Shown here: positions 8,598-18,347 of the stretch, piece by piece | Position numbering within the stretch: the first letter of the stretch is position 1 | Layout of the letters: every line of letters begins with the position of its first letter | Sequence record: SRR9188677_103 | Strand: one strand, 5' to 3' | DNA: 63,448 nucleotides | Program-made: the position numbers and the translations under genes | The notes under the pieces: model-generated | Told to the model about the DNA's origin: nothing | Databases searched by the model: none | Seen by the model: the letters and a program-made list of their open reading frames with translations, nothing else

Positions 8598-9722
8598 TTA
8601 GTCTGTTATGGTTGTATTGACCTGATTCCTGGGGCAAAGCGGCCCCCATTCTTCCGGAGGTGTATAAGTATTAAAATATTGCCGGAGATGGGTTACCTGT
8701 TGGGCATTAACCGTATCCCAATCGTTGATCACTTCTGCTATGATATCCAGTATCCTGTCTGAATTATTAGACCACACATGGGTGAACTCTATATTGGATG
8801 CAGCCTCATCTAATACACCATAATTGATGCAATACTTACCCCTGAAATACATTTCAACAGCCATATATGAATCTTCATTCAGGAAGATATCATAAGTGCT
8901 GGCTTCACTTTCACTCAGTATATGGCTGATCTGTTTATAGGCTCCTGTAAACGAAGGGATCTCTTTTGCCAGCGGATGCACTTTTAGTGCTATAGAACAG
9001 GTGGTGGCAAACCGATTAATAACAGCCTGGATGAGTTCGTTATATCCCGGCGTATAATAATCAGGGTCGCAGTTATGGGCGATCAGTATATTACCGGAAA
9101 AAGCAGAATTACTGGCCAAGCTTGCCAGATATAAATGAAAAGGATGAGGAGTGATCAGCTGCTTTTTACCCGCATAATACTTTGCTTCTGCCCGGTTCCA
9201 GCAAAAGACACGGTCATACGCATCCGTATGATTCACTACCACAGGGCCCGGTTTCATAATTTGCTGCCATTTCCCTTTTATAAAATTTATGTATGATCCG
9301 GGCGTGAGTAGTTTAGTTACCAATGAACCCCAATTCTGCTTTCGTTCTGTCAGTTCGCCATTGGTCTTAGTTGCCGGAATAACCCCGGGTTTCAAAAAAG
9401 CACCAATGATGATATAGAGATTGGTAATGATTCCCTTAACCCTTGCGGCATTAACTCCGCTATGTTTTACATGAGTAGCAAATACCATATCATACTCTCC
9501 ATCAGCAAAATGACGGAACAGGGATTTATCATTCGTGAAACGAAACCGTTTCACCGATTCGGGTAACTCCCGGTAAAAGTGTTCCTGTCCAACATTTGAC
9601 GGATCGAAACCAACATCCAAAACGGTTAACTCCCAATCAAACAAGTGATACAAACCCATAACCACAGGTAACGTGTGGTAGTACCGTCCGATAACGACAG
9701 CTGCATTTTTTTTCTTTACCAT
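8598..9722 (-). CDS. Hypothetical protein, candidate GT-B type nonulosonate transferase
   Basis: 374-aa ORF in operon; C-terminal half has LKVHP and DIFLNEDSYMAVE..GK, reminiscent of HP and S/E motifs of CMP-sugar-using GT-B enzymes. Confidence 0.45.
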   Translation of the reverse strand: MVKKKNAAVVIGRYYHTLPVVMGLYHLFDWELTVLDVGFDPSNVGQEHFYRELPESVKRFRFTNDKSLFRHFADGEYDMVFATHVKHSGVNAARVKGIITNLYIIIGAFLKPGVIPATKTNGELTERKQNWGSLVTKLLTPGSYINFIKGKWQQIMKPGPVVVNHTDAYDRVFCWNRAEAKYYAGKKQLITPHPFHLYLASLASNSAFSGNILIAHNCDPDYYTPGYNELIQAVINRFATTCSIALKVHPLAKEIPSFTGAYKQISHILSESEASTYDIFLNEDSYMAVEMYFRGKYCINYGVLDEAASNIEFTHVWSNNSDRILDIIAEVINDWDTVNAQQVTHLRQYFNTYTPPEEWGPLCPRNQVNTTITD

Positions 9723-10543
9723 ACACTCCTTCCGCCATCTGCTGATACAATGGACCCATTCAGATAACTAGAAGCATTGCTCAACAGAAATACCAACAGC
9801 CCCTGGTATTCATCAGGGCGTGCCATCCTGTTTACCGGTATCCTTTTGATCACTTCACTGATGAATGCATCGTTTTGGTTATTTTCTACGCCACCCGGAC
9901 AAATGGCATTACACCTGACATTTTTATCTGCCCAGTAGGTAGCCAGGTATCGGGTTAATCCGATGATGCCTGATTTAACAATTGAGTAGGTAACGGGTTT
10001 TACAGGTTGCTGTTCTTCGGGCAATCCTTCTACCCTGTATAAACGCTGATCCGGAGCAATAATGCCCAGATCAGATGAGATATTGATGATGGTTCCGCCA
10101 TCCGGATTCTTTGAAATGGCATATCCATAATATTTAGCGCAAAGAAAGGAGCCGGTGAGGCCTACCGCCACATCCTGTTCCCATACAGCCAGAGGAAAAT
10201 TTTCAAGCCGTGAAAAATTTTTGGAAGAAGAATTTTCAACCTTGGGATTATTGGCTGCATTATTTACCAATGCATCTATCTTGCCATAGGTTTTTACTAT
10301 CGTTTCGCAATTGGCTTCAATTGACTTTTCGTCCGTAATGTTCACGGCATATCCCCTTGCATCAACCGAATATTTTTCTTTGATCTCAAGTGCCTGTGTA
10401 TCGAGGACGGATGGGTTCAGGTCGAGTAAAACAGGGATGCCTCCTGATGCAGCTACTGCATCGGCATGTTGCCTGCCGAGTAATCCGGAAGCTCCGGTTA
10501 TTACCACCACCTTACCCTGTAAGGAAAATAAATTGTTTTGCAT
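9716..10543 (-). CDS. SDR oxidoreductase (PtmA-like)
   Basis: TGASGLLG, VNNA, NISSDLG, YSIVK, NAICPGGV. Confidence 0.85.
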   Translation of the reverse strand: MQNNLFSLQGKVVVITGASGLLGRQHADAVAASGGIPVLLDLNPSVLDTQALEIKEKYSVDARGYAVNITDEKSIEANCETIVKTYGKIDALVNNAANNPKVENSSSKNFSRLENFPLAVWEQDVAVGLTGSFLCAKYYGYAISKNPDGGTIINISSDLGIIAPDQRLYRVEGLPEEQQPVKPVTYSIVKSGIIGLTRYLATYWADKNVRCNAICPGGVENNQNDAFISEVIKRIPVNRMARPDEYQGLLVFLLSNASSYLNGSIVSADGGRSVW

Positions 10544-10548
10544 ATTTT

Positions 10549-11313
10549 CTAAAAACTAATGGTTTGCCCACCATCTACAACCAGGCAGGCACCTGTAATA
10601 AAGGAGGCTTTTGCGGAACTTAGAAACAAAACCGCATTACTCACTTCTTCGGTTGTGCCGAAGCGTTTCATCGGCACTTTGGTATCCAGCATATGGGCCA
10701 CCGCCTCAGGATTTTTCTCTGTTTTATTTTTCCAGGTTCCTTCTTCTGTCCAGATATTACCCGGCGCTACCACATTTACCCTTACATGGGGAGCCAATCT
10801 GTGTGACAGTGATTTGGCAAAAGCAATCAGCGCATTTTTTGCCGTAGCATAATCAGTGGGTGCACCAATATATTCAACTCCTGCAATGGAAGAAATAAAT
10901 ACGAGGGCCCCATTGTTACGGGAAAGCTCTTCAGAAAATTCTCTGGCGGTATTCAAGGCTGAGTTAAAATTTACATCCCAGACTTTATTCCATTGAGCGA
11001 AATCGGAAACGGGCTGTTGTGTACTGGCACCATTACCCACATTGGCCACCACAATATCTATACGGCCCCATCGGGCCATTGACTGTGTATAACAATCATG
11101 CACAGAAGCTGCATCAGTTACATCGCACAATAGCAGCTGAAGTGACCCAGGATGGGCTGAAAGAAGTTGTTTACAGGAATCATTTGCAGGATTTTCTCTG
11201 GCTACCATAATCACTTTGGCTCCTTGTGCCAGAAAGTCCATTGCAATCTGTTTACCAATTCCACGCGTGGCACCGGTTACAACAACTACTTTATCTTTTA
11301 GTGCAAGATCCAT
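10549..11313 (-). CDS. SDR oxidoreductase
   Basis: TGATRGIG, ISSIAG, YATAK, VNVVAPG, VDGG. Confidence 0.85.
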   Translation of the reverse strand: MDLALKDKVVVVTGATRGIGKQIAMDFLAQGAKVIMVARENPANDSCKQLLSAHPGSLQLLLCDVTDAASVHDCYTQSMARWGRIDIVVANVGNGASTQQPVSDFAQWNKVWDVNFNSALNTAREFSEELSRNNGALVFISSIAGVEYIGAPTDYATAKNALIAFAKSLSHRLAPHVRVNVVAPGNIWTEEGTWKNKTEKNPEAVAHMLDTKVPMKRFGTTEEVSNAVLFLSSAKASFITGACLVVDGGQTISF

Positions 11314-11320
11314 TTTACCG

Positions 11321-12199
11321 TTATTTGGTAATCACGAAATGAAGCAATTCAGCCATTCCGGTTTTTTCCAGCATCTGTATCCAGTTATAATCGATCTCTT
11401 CAGTGATAAAATCCAGTTTTGTATTGCCTTTGGGTGCACGATCCTTTAACCACAGCAGTGTATTGGATAATCCAAACCCATGACGGTATCCCTTTTCAAC
11501 ATCGGTAAAACCGGCTGTATTACAAAGTCCGGCTAACCCTTTACCATCAAAATACCAGCTATGAACGGTGCGGTAGTAAAACGGTCCGAATTCTTTGAAG
11601 TTAAGTTTTACCAGTACATCATCCAGGTTATCGGTTTCTATATACATCTTACCGCCTGTAACCAGTAAAGCTCTTGCACTTTGCAGATAACTTAACGGAT
11701 CATTGATATGTTCTATCACACCAAAAGAGATAATAATATCCACAGAATCAGCTAAGGCCTTACACTCATCAATGGAAGCATACACTTCATGGCCGCGCTC
11801 GCGGAGACTTTTATGGTAGCCCGTAAAAGGCTCTACGGCAATGGTTTTGGCAGCAACACCTTTGATCAGATCAAGAAAAGAACCGCCACCGCAGCCAAAA
11901 TCCAGCACCACTTTGTTTCTGAATTTCTCGATCCCTATCCGCGCAATTCTCGGATTTTGTTCTACATCATGGTTCTTGAAATAGTCCTCAATGGCAGCTG
12001 TGTCATTATAGTCCAGCCGGTATTGATCAGATGAATAACTGATTTCAGGAAATTCCTTCAACCTTGCCAGACCGCACTGGGTGCATTTGATCACGCTATT
12101 GGTGGTATCGGTAGATTTACCATAAGAACCGGAACGCAGGGTGCCTTCATACAGTGTCTCATATTTGTCGTTTCCGCAGGAAATACATTTCATAGCCAT
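11321..12199 (-). CDS. Class I SAM-dependent methyltransferase with N-terminal Zn-ribbon
   Basis: CISC..CTQC, VLDFGCGGG, VIEH. Confidence 0.8.
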   Translation of the reverse strand: MAMKCISCGNDKYETLYEGTLRSGSYGKSTDTTNSVIKCTQCGLARLKEFPEISYSSDQYRLDYNDTAAIEDYFKNHDVEQNPRIARIGIEKFRNKVVLDFGCGGGSFLDLIKGVAAKTIAVEPFTGYHKSLRERGHEVYASIDECKALADSVDIIISFGVIEHINDPLSYLQSARALLVTGGKMYIETDNLDDVLVKLNFKEFGPFYYRTVHSWYFDGKGLAGLCNTAGFTDVEKGYRHGFGLSNTLLWLKDRAPKGNTKLDFITEEIDYNWIQMLEKTGMAELLHFVITK

Positions 12200-12205
12200 A
12201 ATTGA

Positions 12206-12643
12206 TTACTTATTTTCTTGAACAATTTCTAAAATATTGCCTTCCGGATCGTAACAGTAGATCACTTTCACTTTTCTATCGGGCGAGAACTGGTAGTTAT
12301 TTTTGATACTGCCACCATTGTTCTGTATGTATTGGATAGTTTCTTCCATATCTGTAACCGTAAATGCGATATGCGAACAACCGATCCGGTTAGCCTCCTG
12401 TAAAGCTGGTGCCTCTTTACTGCCGGGATGCGAATGATACTGCAGCAATTCCACTAACGACTGGTCAGGCAACCGCAATTTGGCCCACTCCAAACGTGTA
12501 CCAGTAAGTCCGACCAATGTATCTATATAAGGTCCTTCTTCCACCATCCTTGCCTGCAGGGTCATGCCCAATCCTTCGTAAAAACTCACAGCACGGGCCA
12601 AATCATGCACCACAATTCCGGTATGCCTTGTATTAATTACCAT
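12206..12643 (-). CDS. VOC (glyoxalase/epimerase) family protein
   Basis: HTGIVV, ELLQY, HIAFTV, DPEGNILE metal-binding pattern. Confidence 0.85.
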   Translation of the reverse strand: MVINTRHTGIVVHDLARAVSFYEGLGMTLQARMVEEGPYIDTLVGLTGTRLEWAKLRLPDQSLVELLQYHSHPGSKEAPALQEANRIGCSHIAFTVTDMEETIQYIQNNGGSIKNNYQFSPDRKVKVIYCYDPEGNILEIVQENK

Positions 12644-14024
12644 ATAGTTCTTTTACACTTGCTGCAACGGCTGCAGCAAAAGTATCTACCCCTTCCATCA
12701 TGGCTTCTTTGGTGATCATTAATGGCGGAGCCAGTTTAATGGATTCTCTGCCGGTGTGCACTACCAGTAAGCCAGTCTGTAAACATTTTTCACTTATCAG
12801 ATCGCACAATTCGCTCAGGGCTTTGCCGTCTTTATCAGTAAAGATCACTGCAGCCAACAGGCCCACACCCTGTACAGAAGAAATATAACCTGGGTATTCT
12901 GCTTTCAGTTTATTCAATGCCAGGTGAAATTCAACACCTAATTTTTTCGAATTATCAATCAGTCCGTCTTCGATCAATGCCTGCATATTGGCAAGCCCCG
13001 CAGCACATACCAATGGATTGGCAGAGTGTGTGGAGCTCATAGAACCTACACCGGGCAGATCCATTACTTCTTTGCTACCCAATACCACCGCCAGCGGTAA
13101 ACTGGAGCTGGCTCCTTTGCCACAGGCGAGCAGATCGGCTTCTACACCATAGTTCATATAACCAAACAGTTCGCCTGTACGGCCAAAGCCTGCCTGCATC
13201 TCATCAAATGTGAGCAACAGGTCATTTTCTTTGGCAAAAGCAGCGACTTCCTGTACAAATTCTTTCGGATAAAAAACAGCACCCCAACCCTGGAAAGTTT
13301 CCATCATAATACCACAGAGATCTTTTTTAGGGTCGATATTATTTTTTTCGATCAGTTGCTGAATGCTGTCGCGGAAAAATTTACGTGGATCCGCCATGGC
13401 TTCTTTGCGCCATGGGTAAGGAAAAGGAAGGTGATAAATATTGGGATCCAGGTAACCGATCCATTCTTTCTGTCCGGGGTTCCAGCCCATCATCTGCGCA
13501 CCCATGGTTCTCCCATGCCAGTTTCCTTCAAAACAAAGAATGCCGCCTTTTCTTTTATTCAGTTTCTGCCCGTTCAAACGCATCAGTTTCAGACAGGCTT
13601 CCGTAGCTTCTGTTCCGGCTGATAACAGGAATGCCTTCTCAAATTGTTTGGGTATATGCGAAATCAGGTAGTCCAGATAAGCCGCTCTTTCGGGCGAAGT
13701 GAAGGTATAGGTATGCAGCAAAGGTTTGTCTATTACTTTACGCAATGCTTCTACAATCCGTTTATTACCGTGGCCTGCATTGGTTACAAAAATGGTACTT
13801 GAAAAATCAAGCCATTTATTACCCCATGCATCATATACCTGAAAACCTTCGGCGCGGTCCCAGATAATGGGTAACTGTCCATGCATAGAATGCGATTCTG
13901 TTTCGTACACCCTGTTCAATATCGGAATACTTTCCGGTACCGGTATAGCGGTAGCAATCGTTCTGTAAGCAGTACTTACTTTGGCAACTGTTTTGGGCTC
14001 ATGTGAAAAACCTAATCCTGACAT
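12633..14024 (-). CDS. Class III PLP aminotransferase
   Basis: YDAWGNKWLD, WHGRT, FDEMQAGFGRTG, CGKG, SSTHSANP. Confidence 0.85.
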   Translation of the reverse strand: MSGLGFSHEPKTVAKVSTAYRTIATAIPVPESIPILNRVYETESHSMHGQLPIIWDRAEGFQVYDAWGNKWLDFSSTIFVTNAGHGNKRIVEALRKVIDKPLLHTYTFTSPERAAYLDYLISHIPKQFEKAFLLSAGTEATEACLKLMRLNGQKLNKRKGGILCFEGNWHGRTMGAQMMGWNPGQKEWIGYLDPNIYHLPFPYPWRKEAMADPRKFFRDSIQQLIEKNNIDPKKDLCGIMMETFQGWGAVFYPKEFVQEVAAFAKENDLLLTFDEMQAGFGRTGELFGYMNYGVEADLLACGKGASSSLPLAVVLGSKEVMDLPGVGSMSSTHSANPLVCAAGLANMQALIEDGLIDNSKKLGVEFHLALNKLKAEYPGYISSVQGVGLLAAVIFTDKDGKALSELCDLISEKCLQTGLLVVHTGRESIKLAPPLMITKEAMMEGVDTFAAAVAASVKELYGN

Positions 14025-14052
14025 ATATTATCGTATTAAATTAACAATGTAA

Positions 14053-14871
14053 TCATTTTTTGAAAACGGCTATAAACTCCTCATCAGAAGTATCATCCTG
14101 CTCATCCCATTTATCATGGAAGGAGACAGTTAATCCGTTTTGGGCTGCTATGGTCTCCATCGCTGCTTTATCAAGAGGTTGCAACACATTGGTAAAACTT
14201 TCTTCCCTACCGGTATGACGCTCAATGAAGTACTTCTGCCATACCAGGTTGCCATCGGCATCTAAAGACATTTCATCTAGCCCATATTTGAAGGGGTCAC
14301 TTTCCGCAAACCGCTTCCACGGAGTAAAAAATCCATTCTCTGACTTTCTGATAGCTTCTATTTCGCGTGAAAGCGTTATGGATTCGAGAATGATTATACC
14401 ACCCGGCTCCAGATATTCGGCTGATTTTTTAAAAAAATCCTGCAGGTAATTTTTACTGATTGCTCCAATCAGATTAATCACAACATCTATCCCGATAATC
14501 ACATCAAAACGATTACCTGATAAAGCAGACTTTACAAAATCTTCCTGATAAATTTCAACCAGAGAACTATTTACATGTTTGGCAAACCTGGAAGCAAAAG
14601 CAGTTCGGGAACTGCTGGGTTCAAATCCAACTCCCCTTATCAGCATACCTTCCTGTTCTAATCTGAAAAGAAGTTTACCGCTTCCTGATCCAACTTCGAG
14701 AAGTTTTATCTGTGGTTTTGGAAAATGTTTTTTGAGGAATGAAACATGCTTGGTACAGGATGCAAGTTTATCTGAACAATACTTTTTAAAAGTATCTTCC
14801 GTAAAACGTTCAAATTTTTCTACTCCTTCGTACGCCGTAAGATTGACGTGTGTATTTTCCATTGAAACCAT
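14053..14871 (-). CDS. Class I SAM-dependent methyltransferase
   Basis: LLEVGSGSG, FDVII, LEPGGIII. Confidence 0.75.
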   Translation of the reverse strand: MVSMENTHVNLTAYEGVEKFERFTEDTFKKYCSDKLASCTKHVSFLKKHFPKPQIKLLEVGSGSGKLLFRLEQEGMLIRGVGFEPSSSRTAFASRFAKHVNSSLVEIYQEDFVKSALSGNRFDVIIGIDVVINLIGAISKNYLQDFFKKSAEYLEPGGIIILESITLSREIEAIRKSENGFFTPWKRFAESDPFKYGLDEMSLDADGNLVWQKYFIERHTGREESFTNVLQPLDKAAMETIAAQNGLTVSFHDKWDEQDDTSDEEFIAVFKK

Positions 14872-14872
14872 T

Positions 14873-15601
14873 TTACATGTTTTTCATAAAATCGAGCAGT
14901 GGAGAACCTTCTTTTTCCAATTGATATTCCAGGTAGTTAAAATCATCTTTTGTATCAACCTCCACACAATACGGCGATTCAAAAACAAGCATGTGATTAC
15001 CGTGCAGGGTTCCTTCGTTCAACACACAGGAACTTCTTACAATATCTACATATCCATCAGGCATATAAACTGCCGGAAAACTTTGTCTTGGCAGGTTTAC
15101 TTTTTCAGGTGTCAGATCATCACGAAGGCCTTTGAAATATCCTTCCTCATCTTTCAAAAACCATTTGAAAGGAGATTCCGGTGCAGCATGGCCCGAACGA
15201 AGGGAAGAGGCTTCCGGTTTGGTAAGAAACAATTCCACTGCTTTCTGCATTATGGCCGGATCACGCAAGGGCGTGGTAGGGCGCAGATGCATCATAAATT
15301 CGGGTATTGCATTTTCATGCTCACGCATCCAGTTCAGTGCGTGTACAAACAGATCCATATCGGTTGATTTATCACCTGATATTTCCGCCGGGCGCAGGAA
15401 AGGCGTTTCTGCACCATACTGATTGGCAATAGCCGCATACTCAGCTGAATCAGTTGATACAATTACCCTGTCTACACCGGGGGTCATCTTAGCCGCCACA
15501 ATACTGTAAGCAATCAGGGGATGCCCGCCCAGCAGGTTAATATTCTTTCCGGGAACTCCCTTTGAGCCACTGCGTGCCGGAACAATTGCTACCATACTCA
15601 T
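14873..15601 (-). CDS. neuA: Acylneuraminate cytidylyltransferase
   Basis: IVPARSGSKGVPGKN, VSTD, PFLRP, LRPTTPLR, PRQ, EVD. Confidence 0.85.
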   Translation of the reverse strand: MSMVAIVPARSGSKGVPGKNINLLGGHPLIAYSIVAAKMTPGVDRVIVSTDSAEYAAIANQYGAETPFLRPAEISGDKSTDMDLFVHALNWMREHENAIPEFMMHLRPTTPLRDPAIMQKAVELFLTKPEASSLRSGHAAPESPFKWFLKDEEGYFKGLRDDLTPEKVNLPRQSFPAVYMPDGYVDIVRSSCVLNEGTLHGNHMLVFESPYCVEVDTKDDFNYLEYQLEKEGSPLLDFMKNM

Positions 15602-16437
15602 AATGTAGTATTATAATTTGTTTGTAACCAGTTATACTGTTGTTTTGTTATAGCTACACCTTCCTCATCTCTGAAAGCCTGCATGATAAATGGCCCGTTA
15701 TAATCCAGTGTAGCCAATGCTTTGAAAAAGGCATTGAAATCAGTATCTCCCGTACCCAGTAAAACAGATCCGCCATTCAGCTTCCTGTCTTTGATATGTA
15801 TATCTGAAATTCTTGATCCGTAACACTCAAATTCTTTGATCGGATCATATCCCAGCGAGGCACTGTTACCTGTATCATAGTTAACGGTGATCCTGGACGA
15901 AGAAAATTCATTCAATAAGGAACCAAAAGCATCCGGACCCAGATCCGTTTCCAGAGAGAGATTAACGGCTAATTTTTCTGCCAGATCCTGCAAGGGAAGC
16001 AACCTGGCCACAAAACGTTGTTTGGCAGCTTCATCTGTTAAAGATGACTGGTCAACACAGGGAATCACAATATCACTGATCCCGATCTCTTTACTGTGAT
16101 GCATCAATCGCTTTAATACTTCCCCGCTGGCATCAGCAATAGTTGTATCTGCATGGTGCAAGGGAGCTTCCATAAAATAATCCGCACAAACACTTCTCAC
16201 GCCCACATTGGTTTTGCTAACCTGGCTGATGATTTCTTTTACTCCCTCTTTATTCATCAATGGATTCTGTTCTGCATCGTTATAATCCAGAATGAATTCG
16301 ATGTATGTAAAGCCGATACCGGCCGCTATGGCAAATTCTTCCTGCCAGTAGCCCAGCGGATGTGCCTGGTACCTGCCCTGGTACTTTGGCAGAAGCCGCC
16401 CCTGCATCACTCCCAACGATTTGATCAATGGATTCAT
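15598..16437 (-). CDS. Sugar-phosphate isomerase/epimerase (xylose isomerase-like TIM barrel)
   Basis: GVMQGRL, LETD, NYDTGN, HIKD motifs. Confidence 0.8.
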   Translation of the reverse strand: MNPLIKSLGVMQGRLLPKYQGRYQAHPLGYWQEEFAIAAGIGFTYIEFILDYNDAEQNPLMNKEGVKEIISQVSKTNVGVRSVCADYFMEAPLHHADTTIADASGEVLKRLMHHSKEIGISDIVIPCVDQSSLTDEAAKQRFVARLLPLQDLAEKLAVNLSLETDLGPDAFGSLLNEFSSSRITVNYDTGNSASLGYDPIKEFECYGSRISDIHIKDRKLNGGSVLLGTGDTDFNAFFKALATLDYNGPFIMQAFRDEEGVAITKQQYNWLQTNYNTTL

Positions 16438-16450
16438 TCCTGCCTGTCGT

Positions 16451-18337
16451 TTATAAGGTTCCTTCTAATTTTTCCAGTGCGTACCAGAATCCTTCGCCTT
16501 CATTTTTATGTCCCTGCCAGATTTCCGGAATGAAAGTAGCATCCGGGCATCCCTTGTTGAGGATATCGCCCAGCCGTACAAAATCCATTTCTCCTTCTCC
16601 TACCTGCAAACCTTCGCCATTCACACCCTTGGCATCACCCAGATGCAGGTGTGCGGTATAAGGTGCAATCTTTTCGGCAAACTCGTAAAAATCCTGTTTG
16701 AAATAATTACAGGTAAGCATGCTGTGCGATACATCAAAACACATCCGCAGGTTATGTTGTTTGCAGTAGCTAACAATCTCATCTACCTGTACAAAAATAT
16801 TCTGGTATCGCTGCCCGCCAAAATGCCAGGGGAATGGCGCCATGGTTTGTGGTATGATTTCTACACCTTCTGTATCCAGTTCTTTCAGACTGGCAAAAAA
16901 CTGCTCATAATAAGCGGGTAACACGGCTTTGTCAAAAGGACCATCCATACTGAATCCGCCGATATTGGCAACGATCTGCGGCCGTTTTTCATGGGGGAAA
17001 TATTTCTTCAGCGACCTTGTGATATCGATCACTTTCTGTGTTTCTTCCATGGAATATTTCCGGTACGTTTCATCCGGCGTAGCCAGATCCATCAGGTGGC
17101 TGCCTTTGAATAATTCCGGAGCATGTACTACAAATCCGCAATCATAGGGGCCATCGAGAAACTGGGCCGGATCAAGATCCATATCAGAGTATGACAGATG
17201 GAACTCAAAAAGATCCGGCTGGATGAGTTCATAATACCGTTTAAAATCATGGTAACGAACCGGTACACCCCAACGATGTTTAAATGTGTATTGCCGGGGT
17301 TTATATCTTGTATCGATGATGTCACTGTCGAAGAAGAAATCTTCTTCCTGCATGTCTCTTTTTAATTCACGACCGATCAGTTCATCGTATTTGTGTGGTG
17401 ATAAGCCCTGTCCCGGACTCAACACTTTAATATGTTCTGCTTTGAGTATAGTGCCTTTGGGAAGATCGGTAGCGGCAACCAGGCTTTTCCCTAAGTTTTC
17501 CCTGTTGATCATTTCGCCCTGGCTCAGGTTTCTTTTTGATCCATCGCCCAGTGCTTCTTCAATTTCTCTGATACCCTGGATCATTTCTTTGAACTCAGTA
17601 AATTCAAGACTGGCCGCATGATCGGGGCCTTCCATATTCCTGTCGAGGGTAAAATGTCTTTCAATCACCGATGCACCCAAGGCTACTGCTGCCATAGATA
17701 CTGAAATACCACGTTCATGGCCCGAATAACCTACTACGGGATGTATTTTTTTCAGGGAATCCAGCCAACGCAGATTGATATCATGAAAAGGTGCAGGATA
17801 GGTACTGTTGCAATGCAGTAATACGAATGCAACATTTCTTTTTTCGAGAAACGCTACCGTTGTTTTCACTTCCTCCGGCCTGCTCATGCCGGTAGAAAGA
17901 ATCAGTGGTTTTCCGGTTTGCGCCAGTTTATCCAGTAAAGGAAAATTGGTCAGATCGGCTGATGCCACTTTATAGGCAACCACCCCAAACGATTCAAGTA
18001 TATCTACACTGGCCGTATCCCAGGGGGTACATAAATAGAGAATGCCTTTTGCTTTACAGTATAAAGACAATTCTTTTTGCTGATCAACGGATAATTCAAA
18101 ACGATGCAGCAGGTCGATAATATATTCTGTACCGAGATCTTCCCCGTTTTTGCTTAAAGAGCGTTGTCTGTACACTTTATCCAGGTGACGCATCTGAAAC
18201 TTGGCACAATCTGCGCCCATTTCAACAGCCTGGTCAATCATTTTTTTTGCGGCATTGATATCTCCGTTATGGTTATTACCGATCTCGGCAATAATGAAAG
18301 TTCTTCCGTTTCCTATTTGATGGGATCCTATGTTCAT
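16451..18337 (-). CDS. NeuB-family synthase fused to SAF and C-terminal xylose-isomerase-like TIM barrel
   Basis: AEIGNNHNG, AKFQ, LHCNSTYP, YSGHERG, ERHFTL; SAF (GKSLVAATDL); extra ~270 aa with HAPE, FDVSH, HLHLGDA, FIPEIWQGH. Confidence 0.85.
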   Translation of the reverse strand: MNIGSHQIGNGRTFIIAEIGNNHNGDINAAKKMIDQAVEMGADCAKFQMRHLDKVYRQRSLSKNGEDLGTEYIIDLLHRFELSVDQQKELSLYCKAKGILYLCTPWDTASVDILESFGVVAYKVASADLTNFPLLDKLAQTGKPLILSTGMSRPEEVKTTVAFLEKRNVAFVLLHCNSTYPAPFHDINLRWLDSLKKIHPVVGYSGHERGISVSMAAVALGASVIERHFTLDRNMEGPDHAASLEFTEFKEMIQGIREIEEALGDGSKRNLSQGEMINRENLGKSLVAATDLPKGTILKAEHIKVLSPGQGLSPHKYDELIGRELKRDMQEEDFFFDSDIIDTRYKPRQYTFKHRWGVPVRYHDFKRYYELIQPDLFEFHLSYSDMDLDPAQFLDGPYDCGFVVHAPELFKGSHLMDLATPDETYRKYSMEETQKVIDITRSLKKYFPHEKRPQIVANIGGFSMDGPFDKAVLPAYYEQFFASLKELDTEGVEIIPQTMAPFPWHFGGQRYQNIFVQVDEIVSYCKQHNLRMCFDVSHSMLTCNYFKQDFYEFAEKIAPYTAHLHLGDAKGVNGEGLQVGEGEMDFVRLGDILNKGCPDATFIPEIWQGHKNEGEGFWYALEKLEGTL

Positions 18338-18347
18338 ATAATCAATA

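Noticed and set aside
8560-8649. Open N-terminal extension of the RmlD-like ORF overlapping the upstream gene near a short G run (possible frameshift fusion)
   Set aside because: Both genes look complete on their own and the Rossmann motif starts right after ATG 8559; no support for fusion
14579-15367. 262-aa plus-strand ORF
   Set aside because: Antisense to neuA and a methyltransferase; no motifs
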